From the NCBI RefSeq assembly GCF_009914755.1, contig NC_060930.1: DNA of 64,000 bases. The stretch is one strand, 5' to 3'. The notes below the pieces were generated by a model. The model saw only the letters and a list, made by a program, of their open reading frames with translations, did no database searches and was not told the origin of the DNA. Each line of letters starts with the position of its first letter. The stretch's first letter is position 1. Of this stretch, positions 1-13,178 are shown in pieces. Made by a program: the position numbers and the translations under genes. Origin of the DNA: the human T2T-CHM13v2.0 reference genome, Homo sapiens.

Positions 1-1391
1 GGTACACATGCTCATTATTTGAAACTGAGATTTTCCCCCCCTCTTTTAGTTTTTCTTTCTTTTTCTCTTTCTTCTTTTTACATATTGAGACATATAATAC
101 ATACGTGGCTCAGAAGACATCTGATATAAAACACGAGAAGAGCTTGACATGTCCCCTTCATATATTTTCTGATCAAGAAATAAAAAGTGAATTGTAATCT
201 GAAAAAAAAGGACAGTGGACTTCACCTCTTGAACTTTTTGCTCACGGTGAAAAAAAAAATGTTGCTTATGACTGGGTGTCAGTAACAGATTCCTTCCAAA
301 AGGAGTGCCAACCTCAAGAAAGGCAGATCTTTAGTTGAGCATAAATAGTGTTATTTTTTACTTGCACAGAGTAAGAGGAATCCATTCCTTTAGATCTGCA
401 AATAAGGTTTGCCTTGGAATTCCCTCACTTCATACAGCACTTCTGTGGTAGCTGCGTGGTGGGGGGTGTCAGTCCCAAAAGGTCAGTAGGAATGCCGAGG
501 TAACAATGTCTTTGGACATAACGTATTTGGAGTGGTTCCTGCAAAGCCAGCTATCCTGATTATGGTCTGAAGCATCACGTTTCAACCAAAAGTAAAATTT
601 GGTGGTTTTAGATGTCCTTTTCATTAAATTGTCATGTGTATGCCCTCTCTCCTGATTTTTACACATGACAAACCACTCTTTGGGGACACGGGTTTGTTCA
701 TTACTTTATTGTGTTTTGCAGTCAAGGCAGAGTCTGAGCTTATTCTAGGTGCCAGATACCATGCCACCCAAGGGGACAGACCTTGTGAATAAGTAAGGAT
801 TATCAAGCATGATGAGGTTTGTCGGGAAAAGCTTTTAATGACCCTAATTACAGAGACACATGTCCAATTGTTTCATTTCTAATGGGTCAATCTACAAAAT
901 AAGTAATAAAATTTCAGGGGACCTCTGTTGTTAAAACCTTGATATTTTCTCCCTGAATATCTTATTCCTGGAGGAGGTAACATTCAGAAGCATAGAAACC
1001 TATATTTTTAGAGCTAAAAATAGAGAATATCTTGTTCCATACTGCTACTTAGAAATTAAGGCTTAAAGAAAGAAAACTAACACAAAGCAACAACAACAAC
1101 AAAACTGTCTGAACATTTAACAATTTTAGGAACTGAAACTTGGATTCCTGTCCGTACATCAATCTCCTTTCTATATGATATGTTCAGTCTTATCCTTTTT
1201 TGTATAGCCTTTACCAAAGATACATTCAAGGATTGCTTGGCAATGACGAGAAGACAGAGCAAGAAATTGCCTTAATGGTATCAGACACTACTCATTGTCA
1301 TCATTTGCTCACCTGTGTTCTTCTTAAAGATGAACAAAAATTACACAGGTCTTGGATGCATTAGCTGGGAAGTTCACTTTGGCTATAGAGC

Positions 1392-1600
1392 TAAATACAT
1401 ATTTATTTACATATTTAGATCTCGCTGTATGTATATATGTCTAAGTATATATATGTGTATATCTCACTAAGTATAGTGAGATATATATAGAGAGAGATCT
1501 CACTATATATATACAGTGTTATCTAAATATATAAATAAATATGTGTTTATTTATTATGTATATATTTAAGTATGTAAATATATATATGTGCATACACACA
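1392..1600. repeat. AT-rich low-complexity/(TA)n region with nested inverted repeats
   Basis: TA-rich sequence. Perfect 12-bp stem tatatctcacta-agta-tagtgagatata (1458-1485). Outer imperfect arms at 1392-1437 and 1504-1549. Confidence 0.8.
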
Positions 1601-2105
1601 CAACTGTGCACACAGACGCACACTTTTTGTCTTTGCTATTGGTCAGGGCCCTGAAATGTTGATGCTTACTTATTATCCCTTACATAACATGGACAAATGA
1701 AAAGCATTTGCTTTTTTCCTGGCCTTCTGATTTTATTTGACTGGCTTGCAAGCTGCCCTTCCAAGTAATCTCCAGAGTGGATCAATGGTACATAATTCTG
1801 ATCTGCAAGGCAGAGGAGCCAATCTCCAAAAAAACTTAATCATAGGTGTGGCCCTATTAATCTTCAAGGTTAATACAAACAAATCTTGGTGGGGAAAACA
1901 GATCATGTTGTATGAACCTGTGTGTGTGTGAAGAACTCCATTATGATGTGAAATTATCTCAAGTACAACAACTGTCTCCCAGTTCTAACCAGGTCACAGT
2001 ACTGCCCAAAGGAAGGCAGTTTACACTCTTCCAGTTACTAATCTATTTACATTCAAAATAACCTGGTATATTTTCAACATTTACAAAATAGATAGCTTTT
2101 AGACT

Positions 2106-2681
2106 GACAGTGCGGCAATTGCTCAAGGATCTAGAACTAGAAATACCATTTGACCCAGCCATCCCATTACTGGGGATATACCCAAAGGATTATAAATCAT
2201 GCTGCTATAAAGACACATGCACACATATGTTTATTGTGGCACTATTCACAATAGCAAAGACTTGGAACCAACCCAAATGTCCATCAATGATAGACTGGAT
2301 TAAGAAAATGTGGCACATATACACCATGGAATACTATGCAGCCATGAAAAAGGATGAGTTCATGTCCTTTGTAGGGACATGGATGAAGCTGGAAATCATC
2401 ATTCTCAGCAAACTATCGCAAGGACAAAAAACCAAACACCGCATGTTCTCACTCATAGGTGGGAATTGAACAATGAGAACACTTGGACACAGGAAGGGGA
2501 ACATCACACACAGGGGCCTGTTGTGGGGTTGGGGAAGGGGGGAGGGATAGCATTAGGAGATATACCTAATGTAAATGACAAGTTAATGGGTACAGCACAC
2601 CAACATGGCACATGTATACATATGTAACAAACCTGCACGTTGTGCACATGTACCCTAGAACTTAAAGTATAATTTAAAAAA
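2106..2681 (+). mobile_element. 5'-truncated L1PA (probably L1PA5): ORF2 C-terminal fragment plus 3' UTR
   Basis: ORF 2110-2469 is the L1 ORF2 C-terminus (…PFDPAIPLLGIYPKDYKSCCYKDTCT…KHRMFSLIGGN*). The 3' UTR has a G-tract (2525-2546) and ends ccctagaacttaaagtataat followed by a short A tail. Confidence 0.95.
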
Positions 2682-3959
2682 TGAAACCATATATTCTTAT
2701 CTCAAAGTGAAATTTTATGACAGGTTATAAACCACTTAAAAATGAGATCGTTTGGGATAAGGATACAAATCGGGGGTCTAGTAGCCCCGTGGTAGCTTGA
2801 CAATAAAAAAATCAGATTTGTATATTCTTTACTTCTGAGCTGATATTTAAAGCAAATCTTACCTTTAAAGAGTGCAGGATTTAAAAAAATTTTTTTAAAA
2901 AGGTATTTGCATTATTCTCATATTTCTTTCCTTTTTCTTTTGTTCTTTGCTATTTTAAACAAGACCCTAACTTAAATCTTCCAGCTCTAACTTGCAAACT
3001 ACAAGCCTCCAAGCTCTAAGTTGTTTAGAAATTATTCATATTATTTCCCAAACTTTATGACTATGCCTCTTTTCTCATTTAATTTTAAGTCCACATCTCC
3101 TAGAAATACCACAGGCATGGGATCCTAGCTCTGCCATATAACCTATAAAGAAAAGAACTGTAAGAGTGTTGATGAATTTAAATGCATCTCACATCAATCT
3201 TAAGTGTTTATTTCTTCCTCAAATTCAACATTGGTTTCCATGGCCTCAGGTGGCTTGGTGCTTACACACGCGTGGTCCTGTTTCCTAATGAAGTGGGCAA
3301 ATACCTACCTCAGAGTGTCAAACTGGATAGTGGCCCTTGAGCACCTTCCTTAATATTGATGAGGCTCTTGGTGAACAGTAGTAAATGCAGCACGTGGGTA
3401 TATGTAGTGTAGAATGACTGTCTCTGTGCCATGCATGGGTGTGGGGTGTCCTTTGACGTGATTTTGGTACCCAGCTCTGTCTCACAGCCACGTGAGAGTG
3501 CTCACTTCCCTTGGAGAGTGTGAGCTCTTTGAAAGAGGGAGGTTCAATAAGTGCTTTTCAGATTAAATCAAGTTTGACATCTTGCTGTGCAGGAGTGGAC
3601 TATTCAGACTGATGGCACACTCAAGGGTGCTATTTTGAATACTTTATGTTCATACGTTTTTCTATTCTGATATTTTACTTCATAAAACTGTGGATGGACC
3701 ATACTCTTGAGATTGATTAATGTGGATTGTTCATGCTTAAGTTCCCAAAGATGGTTACATATCTTACATATTATTTATATCCCCAGCATCATTTTAAGTT
3801 CTTATTTTGGCTAGATAGATTTTACATGAGATACATGTAAAATATGCACGTATGTTTTCTTTAAAGCTCTCTTTATGATCAATGCAAGTCACTCAGTCTG
3901 GAAATTCTCTTAGAATGAAACATTTGTACTCTCTGGTTGATGCTATTGTTGTTCACAAT

Positions 3960-4372
3960 CATCACTACCTCTTCCAGTAAAAGGACATGTACCCATGTGG
4001 GTATGTAGCATGTGACTTTCTTTGTCACATGACTTACCATATGACTTTCTATGCCTCCTATAGGTTTCTGAAGTTGGGCTTGGTCATGTGACTTGCTGTG
4101 CTGTCTACAAGTGAGCTGGTGGTCACAAGTCTGGTAGAAACCTGATAAGCCTTTGTGTGTTTTTTTTTTTTCCCAACTCTCTTGCTCCTTCTCTCTGCCA
4201 TGAGAACAACATGTCCCAAACAAAGACTGTTCCTTCAACCAGAATGTTAAGTCACATAGACAAGGACCACAAAAACCTCAGCTTCCAGCATTTGACAAGG
4301 CTAAGAAATAAACAGTTGTTAAAGGCCACTAAAGTTTTAAGGTTATTTTTCTTGTAGCACAGATGACTAATA
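3960..4372 (+). mobile_element. Old MaLR LTR (MLT1I/J/K-like)
   Basis: gggcttggtcatgtgacttgct, ctctgccatgagaacaacatgtccca, aagaaataaac…aaggccactaaagtttt…gactaata are typical MLT1 motifs. The 5' boundary is uncertain. Confidence 0.65.
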
Positions 4373-5334
4373 TGCTATTAACATTTATTTTTGAAAAGAA
4401 TAATTAGATTTTTCGGTACATAGAGATACAAAGAAGAAAAAAATAAACAGAAGACTCATTATACCCCAACACAGATGACCTTTGTTAATGTGTATATACA
4501 GTTTAGAAAATTCAAGCTAAACAGAAAAAGAGTGTGTTTTCAATTTTCAACTTAATTATGATATGGTAATGTGTTCCCTTTAAAATTGTCTTTCTTTAAA
4601 TATCTTATGTGGCAGTTATATATCATTAGAAAATATTCTTCTGTGTTTTCATATATAGTATACCTGACTTTCCTGTGGGCAACTAAAATTTGAAAGAGAT
4701 AAATGATGACAAATGAATATTTTATTTGTATTTATTATTTACTTTTCAAAACCAAGTATGTATACTGTCTATGTTCATAATATCTATATTAGGAATACAC
4801 ATTTCTCTACAAAAAAGTTGAGGCATTACTTTGATATTGTTTTGATTTATTTCCTAGGAAGTAAAATAAATTTCCGTTCCACCATACAGAAAATGTCTTT
4901 CTTTGCTTTTGTGTTTTGTTTTGGCAAATAGTCATTTGAGAATTTGGAATTGGCCTGACATTTTATTCCAAAAGATGGATATCTTCAGAGAAATTTCGGT
5001 ACAATTCCAAACCTAACTCTTACATACACATTTTTGGGATAGATTCGCAAAGTAGTGCCAACAAAAAGTCTTTCCTTTTATTGCTCTATTCTTTGATTTT
5101 TTTCCACTGTTTATATCTTGCTTGACAAAGGATATTTAATTAGTGAGAGTCCATTTCATTTTATGCATTCATGCATGCAAGGTATTATATTCATATCTCT
5201 TTTGCCTTAGAACAGTTGAGAAGAAGCCAGTGTGGGTGTTGATGAACAGGAATGGTTAAACACTTTCTGAAAACTGGAGAGTGTGCATTTCAAAGTTGGA
5301 CCTGGTTTTCAAGCATTCTACATTTGAGATACCT

Positions 5335-5525
5335 ATTTCATATATATATCATATATATAAATATGATATATATATAAAATATGATATATATAAAATATAT
5401 GTATGTGTATGTACATGAATATGCATACATTAATGTTTAATATGTATACATTATATATTATAATGTATATGTGAATTACACAAACATACATGAATGTTTA
5501 TGTATGTAAACATACATAGACATGT
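5335..5525. repeat. (TA)n/(TATG)n low-complexity tract
   Basis: Directly visible. Confidence 0.85.
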
Positions 5526-5817
5526 TTATTGAGCAGCTGCTACATAAGGCACGCTTTAGAGCCTAGTGTGCTTTTTATATCTATAATAAATATAAATGGG
5601 GAGACCTTGAAAAGTAAAATGTAAATATAAATGAAGAGAGCTTGAAAAGTAAAAATACATATCCTATTTTCTTGGGCTATGATCATTTCAGATCTTGCAC
5701 TCATTTCAACCTTCATCACAACTGACAGAAGATGCTTCCTAGGTGGATTATTGTACTTTCAAGGCACTTGGTATATTTTTCATTGATTATGTCCAGTTTT
5801 GTATATATGTATTATCA

Positions 5818-6256
<439 letters not shown>

Positions 6257-6714
6257 CTATGTCTTATTCATCTATATGTGTACATTACTTAGCACAGTTC
6301 TTGGCTTCTGGTGGGGTTCAATTAATAATACCTGAAAATTATGACATTGTGGTATATTGTTATTACATCTAGGCCAATCAGCAGTACAAAGAAACCCCTT
6401 CAGAGGGGCCAACAGTCTTACACTGAAAATATTTGAAGATATTCAAAAATGCTTTTAAAATTTGAGGATAAAAGGATTGGATTTATTCTATGTTATTTTG
6501 GAGAGTAGAACAAAAAAAAGAGATTTCAGTCCAGTATAAAAAATGTTTTCTAATACACAGGCTTTCCAAATTGCTCTTCACTGGGCATGCCAGAGCAAAG
6601 ATATCAGAAAGTGGATTCCTGTATTGTGTGGCAAGTTACATACTAAATGGATTCTTGTTCTAAATCCCTTTTATAGTTTTCTCTAACTATTTTGAGTGGT
6701 TCTTTTCTATCTCA

Positions 6715-6825
6715 ATAGATTATATATTTATTGAGTCTAGGGATCATATTTTACATCTTTTAGTGTTGCTAGGCTCTAAACTGTGCCTTATGTAGCAGCT
6801 GCTCAATAAATACTTGTGGAATATA
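6715..6825 (+). mobile_element. L2 3' end fragment
   Basis: …gtgccttatgtagcagctgctcaataaatacttgtggaat resembles the L2 terminus. Confidence 0.6.
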
Positions 6826-7870
6826 ACAATGGGAGGCTACTCAGAGGTAAGGCAACATTAGGAATTATGCACAGCTCACTTTTTATAGGACTGGGAAGAG
6901 TTTGGCCATCAGACGGAACAAACATATGGTAGTTTATTTTAAAGGGGAAGGCCACAAGAGGTGGCCAGAAGTAGGGATGCAGATTTAGAGAGGAGAAGAT
7001 GATGGGTTTGATTTTGAACTTATTGAAATTGCTTTGCCAAGAGAAGACAGACAGTAGACAGTTGTGTAAGTGGTCTGGTACTTAGGAAGGAACTCTGAGT
7101 TGAAATCTACAATTTGGTAGACTTGGCTTCCAATTTTGGCTCCAATGCTGACAACTCTGTCTTTAGAGAAGGTATTTAACTACTTCAGGTCTCAATCCTT
7201 ATCTGTAAAGGGGTAATAAACAATTTTGCTTAATTTTTACAGTTGCTATGGAGATATTCTCATAATGCCTAACAAATAGTAATTATCATTTAATGGGTTT
7301 AACCATTGTAATAATTTTTATTATTAGTTTTTATTCTAGTGAAATTCATTTCAGTAAGATGAATGCTGAGGTCATATTTTGATAGTTGAAGATTGTTGGC
7401 TAGTCCTTCTAAAATACTGAGAAATAGATAAGATTACAATTAGATGCAAGGAAAGAAAAAAATGTGTATATAAGAGTAATGAACATTGTTTTAATGCTGA
7501 GGAGAAAGAGCCAGGAGAGGGGGAAAAGTTGAAAATAAGAAGGAATTAAGGGATCAGTGTCTACTGAATGAAGGAATAAGTGAATGAGGGGACAGGTACC
7601 TAAGTACATCTGGAGGGATGGGTTCTGACTAGGAGAAGAGGTGCCATTCTTTGGAGATGTGTGGGGGTTAAGAGTTGGGGCATAAGGAGTAAGGAGATAA
7701 AGATACTTATAATGCATTTAATAATTGAAAATAAACTAATTATCAGAATACCAAATTCAGAAAATATTTATTAATTTATATAGAGAATTCTGCACTCTTT
7801 ATTTTTGAAGAGACTTTATCACACGTGATTCCATGAATAACATTAGAGGTAAGGGTAGAGCAGTTGATAT

Positions 7871-8303
7871 TGAAAACGACCCAATAGTCCCATACATAGT
7901 TTTTTGATAAGCATAGATATTGACCCTTCTGGTCTTAAAGCTTGAACCTTATATTTGCAGACCTTCAGGCTTCTCAAAGTATCAAAGTGTCAAAGAAATG
8001 AAATTCACCAGGTCACCACATCCAGCCAATGAGATGCTGGACCCCTCATTCACCATAATTGATTCCTTGCTCCTCCCTAGTTTCTATTTTGTTACACATT
8101 GTTACATGTCTTCCTTGCTATATACAACCCTAGATCTTGTCTTGGAGTGAGTGAGTGGACCTGGATTTGAGACTGAGCTCCCATCTCCTCAACTGTGGCA
8201 CAAGATGAAAGCTTTCTTCCTTGGCAATACTGACATCTCAGTCATTGGCTTTCCGTGCAGCAAGCAACAGAATCTAGACTGAACCTCTGGTGTTTGAGTA
8301 ACA
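7871..8303 (+). mobile_element. ERV1 solo LTR, MER39-like, with 4-bp TSD ATAT
   Basis: TG…CA termini (tgaaaacgacc…gagtaaca). ATAT at 7867-7870 and 8304-8307. Internal sequence matches MER39 as recalled. It appears to interrupt a MIR. Confidence 0.8.
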
Positions 8304-8774
8304 ATATTATGCCCTTCAATCAGTGAAGAATCTGAGACCAAGAGAAATAATGCAACCTACCCCAGATGATGTGGGTCATAATAGTCCTGCAACTTTATGC
8401 AAATCTGACCCATTTCTGTAGTAGGAGCCTGTCTTTTTGATTCCATTATCTGATGGGTTCAGACCTCACTTGAGAACCTTACTTCCCACCTCTGATATCT
8501 AGGTTTGGCAGCTGAACTTTGCCTCCGCACAACCAAACACTGATTTCCTCCATGGCATTTTCCTAACTAGCACCCGAATCGCAACTCTCTTGTGTGTCTG
8601 GTGTAGTAGCCTCGGATTCAACCCCATAGAACCTAAACCAAGATCAGTCACATGGCTAGAACCTGGTGGGGTGCCTAAGTCTTTTGCTGTGTGGTAGTCA
8701 GTATGGTTTTATTTCACAGCTCACTGAATTAGGAGCTAGGTCTCCTAAGCCCACTGGGAGCTGAAACATATATA

Positions 8775-8778
<4 letters not shown>

Positions 8779-8828
<50 letters not shown>
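8779..8828. repeat. (TA)n microsatellite, ~25 units
   Basis: Directly visible. Confidence 0.95.
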
Positions 8829-8831
<3 letters not shown>

Positions 8832-10107
8832 TACTAGCCAGTTTTAGGAGGACAAATACCAGTGAAAAACTTTGCAATTTGAAATTTCTACAATTTGGAT
8901 TGGCCTTGCCTCCTTCTGCCTAGAGAGTAATCCAAATGATTAGCGGATAATTCATCTGTCTCTTCTCATTTCGAAAGGTAAATACTCTTATCTTGCTTGA
9001 ATAGCGAGACTGCTTTTATTTTAACTTCTTGCTGACATCATCGCCTCTACTCTTTGACAAGTTTGGATTTGTTTAAACTATGCATTGCTCTATAAAGTGC
9101 TTGAATGAGCATTGGTCTGGAAGACTTGTGCAACACTTCTAAACCAACTTTCATGCCCCAGTGTCCAAAATGGTATTTAAATTCCGTCCTTCCTATCCTC
9201 TGTGTGCCTAGGGACACTCTGTTAAATCAAGTAGTATTGAAATTGTAACACATTTAGATACCATTTGTCTTTAGCAATGATAATCTTATAACAAAAACTA
9301 CAAAACTATGAAACTATGACATTATAAAGTTGCAAAAATTTGATACCCAATTTAGAATAGGAAGTTTTCTCATGCTTGCAGGTGATGCCTGGGTGTTATT
9401 ATACTTAATTTCTATTGTAATTGTTTTCTTATACTTCAGATGTGACTTTGGCTAACGAGTTCCCAATTACACCAGCCATCCGGGATTATAGTTATTGTAG
9501 TAAAACCTGAAAAAATAACTTCCATTAAATGTTTGAATGTATTGTTAAAATAAGAATTTATTGCTTAATTCACTGTCTGTTTAGATTAGGATTTGTGTTA
9601 CAGATTTGATTGTGATCCAAATGTTCTTTATTCTTCCATAGCTAACGTCACCTCTTGTTCCCTTCCCAGAAAAGAGGGAACAAACATAATTATATTGTTG
9701 GGTACATTTCATTATTTGACCAAATTTGTTTTTTATAGAGTCCATCAATTTTTTTCTGATTACAAAAGTATTTTGTAGATTGTAGAAAATATTAAACACA
9801 ACTAATAATCCCACTTCTCAAAAATAACATTTTTACTTACATACCTGCTGATAAATATGACAAAGTTTTCTTCTGTAAAATTTATCCTTGAGTTAGTTAA
9901 GTTTCATCTTTCTATACATCACTTTCAGTGATGACACAGCATTTTATCAACATATGATCTTTAATTCACTGAGTGAATTTATTATTGGTAACCATTTATA
10001 AAAATTTAATTTCTTTGTAATAACTCTATGGTGAGCATCCTAGAACATAAATATCCTTGTACATATCTGATTAAATTCCTACAAATATAGGGATGCTGTT
10101 TATCATG

Positions 10108-10300
10108 TCATGGTTAAGATTTGGGACTTCAGAGTTAGGTAGACTTTGCCTAAATAGCAAGTCTATCAAAAAACTCTGACAACATACGACATCATGGAAA
10201 ACCTACACAACCTCAACTTCTCTGAGTTTTGGTTTCATCATCTGTAAGATAGATGTAAAATAGATTATAACTAAGAGGATAATTGAGAGGATAAATGAGG
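10108..10300 (+). mobile_element. MIR
   Basis: tggttaagat…cttctctgagttttggtttcatcatctgtaagat…gaggataaatgag matches the MIR core. Confidence 0.7.
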
Positions 10301-10608
10301 TATATTTAGATGTTTATATGCATGTTTCATGGTCACTAGTTTTCATGTATTTTTTAAATTGTATTCCAACTAAAATCTCAATGGATATTCACAGTGAATC
10401 TATGAGGTAATACAGCTAAGGTTGCTATATGGTTATTTAATAATCTTTATTTTAAAAATAGGAACTTTAAATTCTATGATCGGTATGTCATCTCACATCT
10501 ATCACTTCATAAATCAAAGACTCCTTCTTAGAGTTATCCTCTTGATGAATTATACCATTTTCTTGTTTTACTCCGTATTTGTGAGTCTCTGGTCACACGG
10601 CTCTTGGG

Positions 10609-10801
10609 TGAAGTTGCTAAATTCAGCAGGTAAAAATACAGACTGCCTAATTAAATTTGAATTTCAGCTACACAGCAAATTTTTTTAAGCATAAGTATAT
10701 CTAATAGAATATTTGAGACTTTTTTTTATATGAAAACTACTTGGTTTTAGTATGAAATTCAAATTTGATGGGACTCCTTTTTTAAAAATCTGGCAACCCT
10801 A
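10609..10801. mobile_element. MER53 palindromic hAT MITE with 8-bp TSD CTCTTGGG
   Basis: aaaaatacag…aaatttgaatttcag…tgaaattcaaattt…atctggcaaccct. CTCTTGGG at 10601-10608 and 10802-10809. Confidence 0.88.
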
Positions 10802-10992
10802 CTCTTGGGATTTCTTACTTTTACAACTGCAGCTAGACACCAGCTAGAAAGCAGCCCTAGAACTGTGCAAGACCATGGTGTGCCATTGGATAGCAGTTCC
10901 AGAGCCTTGCAGAGGCTGGCAGGCCACCTCAGTTCTTACCTCTATTCCATTTCATAAATCTGATGCAAATTCCCTCTCCTGAGCCTTAATTT

Positions 10993-10994
<2 letters not shown>

Positions 10995-11042
<48 letters not shown>
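10995..11042. repeat. (TA)n microsatellite
   Basis: Directly visible. Confidence 0.95.
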
Positions 11043-11049
<7 letters not shown>

Positions 11050-11216
11050 AAATTTGGTGGTGTGAACTAGATGGCATCTACTTGTCTTTTTTGATCTAAA
11101 ACTCTCCTCTCTCTTTTCCTCATTATTCTCTACATTGTCCAATATCTTTTCTGATGAACTTTCTGAACCTATCTTCAAACGGCAAACATTTTAAAAGGAA
11201 TAGTCAATTAAAAAAA

Positions 11217-11291
11217 AAACCTGCACGTTGTGCACATGTACCCTAAAACTTAAAGTATAATAATACAAAAATAAATATATAAAAATAAAAA
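11217..11291 (+). mobile_element. Extremely 5'-truncated young L1PA 3' tip (~45 nt plus A-rich tail)
   Basis: aaacctgcacgttgtgcacatgtaccctaaaacttaaagtataataa is the terminus of young L1PA elements (about L1PA2-4). Confidence 0.85.
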
Positions 11292-12169
11292 TTGAGTGGA
11301 AGTGAAAAAAAATATTTCTCTATCTCTACTTTTACTTCTATATCTATCTATAACATGCAAAATAGTATAATAAAAGAAAAAAACCCACCAAGTCCCCCTT
11401 CTCTGGGAATGAGAGAGCGAGGCATTTTAAAGGAGTATGTGGTCGGGTTTCATCAGTGCTTTCCCAGCATGATTCAGTAAGTGAAATATGCAGAACTGCA
11501 TCACTCTTTTAGTGTTCACATCTTTCCCTAGCATATCAAGACTTTCCTAGTCCTGCCTTAAAACTATAGCTCCCATAATATCTCAATACATGCTCCCACA
11601 GTATATTTCCTGTATGCGGGTTGAGTTCTCCCAGAATACAGGCAAGAGGTTGCCTAGGAGTGCAGAAATCATGTCAATACTGCTGCATTTGCACATTTCT
11701 TAAACCTGTGCTCCACTATCTGAGCCCATGAATCAATTTAAGGATGAATCCTCCTGCTGTTTTTATCAGTTACTCCTTTGTTCCTGTTGTCATGCCATAA
11801 GTATTTTGCTTTGGAACTAGAAATTCTTGCTTCCACCTTGTAAACTTTTCTCCTTCTGTCTAGGACAAAGTGGTAATCTCATAAACAATCAAGAGAAGAC
11901 AGGATTAAAAGGATTGGTTTTGTGTAATTGAAGTTGAATGACTGAATTCCCTCACTTTTTAGGCAATTTTGATTTGCTAACCAAAAAAAAAAAGCCTTAT
12001 ATTCTGAAAGACCAAAGGAATGTGTTAAATTGATAAAATAATGAGAGTTATAAACTCTTTAAAGGTAACAAATAACAAAACAAGATGCATCAATTTATAA
12101 GTTTTAACACCATTTATTTTTTCTGATTCTATATTTCAGACATGCACGTTCAAAAATGAATACGAATAC

Positions 12170-12930
12170 TAACTGATAAATTTAGAAAAGTGGTGAAATT
12201 AGAAAGTTACCATTTGACAATGATTATAAAGATTCTTGGTTCAGACCAGGAAATGTCCAATAGGTACTAAAACTAATTGGTTAATTTTGATGAGAAGCAG
12301 GAAATTTATTTACCAAAATATTTCTCCACAAAACACTACAACTTTACACTAGAGAAACCTAGCAGACACCTCCTTAACCAGATAATTCCATTTGAACTCA
12401 CCAGGAATGGAGCAAATGTACATGATGTGACTCTTGATATAATGCACTGAGAAGGATACAGTATCACTTCTATGGTATTCCTGTCAAACATGCATGATCT
12501 GAGTTTAATCAAGAGTAAACATCATACAAATCCCATGTGAGAACATTATGCAAAATAATTGGCCAGTAGTGTTCAAAAATGTTAAGTGGCACGAGACAAT
12601 GTCTGAGGAACTGTTCTAGGTTAAAGGAGACTAGATGTGACAACTAAATGCAACATGTCATTCTGGATTGGCTCTCACATCACATTTTTTGTTTTGTTTT
12701 GTTGCTTTGTTTTCTCTAAAGCATGTTAGTGGGATAATTAATAAAATTTGAATAAGATCTATAGATTAGATGATAGTATTGTGGCAATGTTAATTTCCTG
12801 ATTTTGATAATTATACTCTGGTTACGCAGAAAGAATGTTATTGTTTTAATGTGTGTGTGTGTGTGTGTGTGTTTGTATAGAAATATGGAAATACACACTG
12901 AAGTGTTTGGGTGTAAAGGAGTGAAAAGTG
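12170..12930 (+). mobile_element. L1MC4/L1MC5-like 3' region, including (TG)n at 12850-12871
   Basis: gagaaacctagcagacacctccttaacc, gcactgagaaggatacagtatcacttct, gaggaactgttctaggttaaaggagact…acaactaaatgcaac, aatgttaatttcctgattttgataa. Confidence 0.75.
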
Positions 12931-13094
12931 TAAAATACAGAAAAGTATATTTAAAAAGAACAACTCTAATCCACTTTTTAGAAAAAAGTATGAACATTCT
13001 CATTTTAAAAATATTTTCTATGGATAAATAATTTAAACATGATTTTGGATTCTCTTGCTCAAACATGTTTTACTGGAATGTAAGATATTCTCAC

Positions 13095-13178
13095 ATATTG
13101 ATTCACTGTATAAAAAACTTTTAGCTTTATAGTTGAATATTGATTCACTGTATAAAAAACTTTTAGCTTTATAGTTGA
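13095..13178. repeat. Perfect 42-bp tandem duplication
   Basis: atattgattcactgtataaaaaacttttagctttatagttga occurs twice (13095-13136, 13137-13178). Confidence 0.95.

Noticed and set aside
2110-2469. 119-aa ORF as a gene
   Set aside because: It is the C-terminal fragment of L1 ORF2 in a truncated element, with no promoter and a non-ATG start.
5587-5655. 35-bp imperfect tandem duplication
   Set aside because: An ordinary old slippage duplication with no sign of function.
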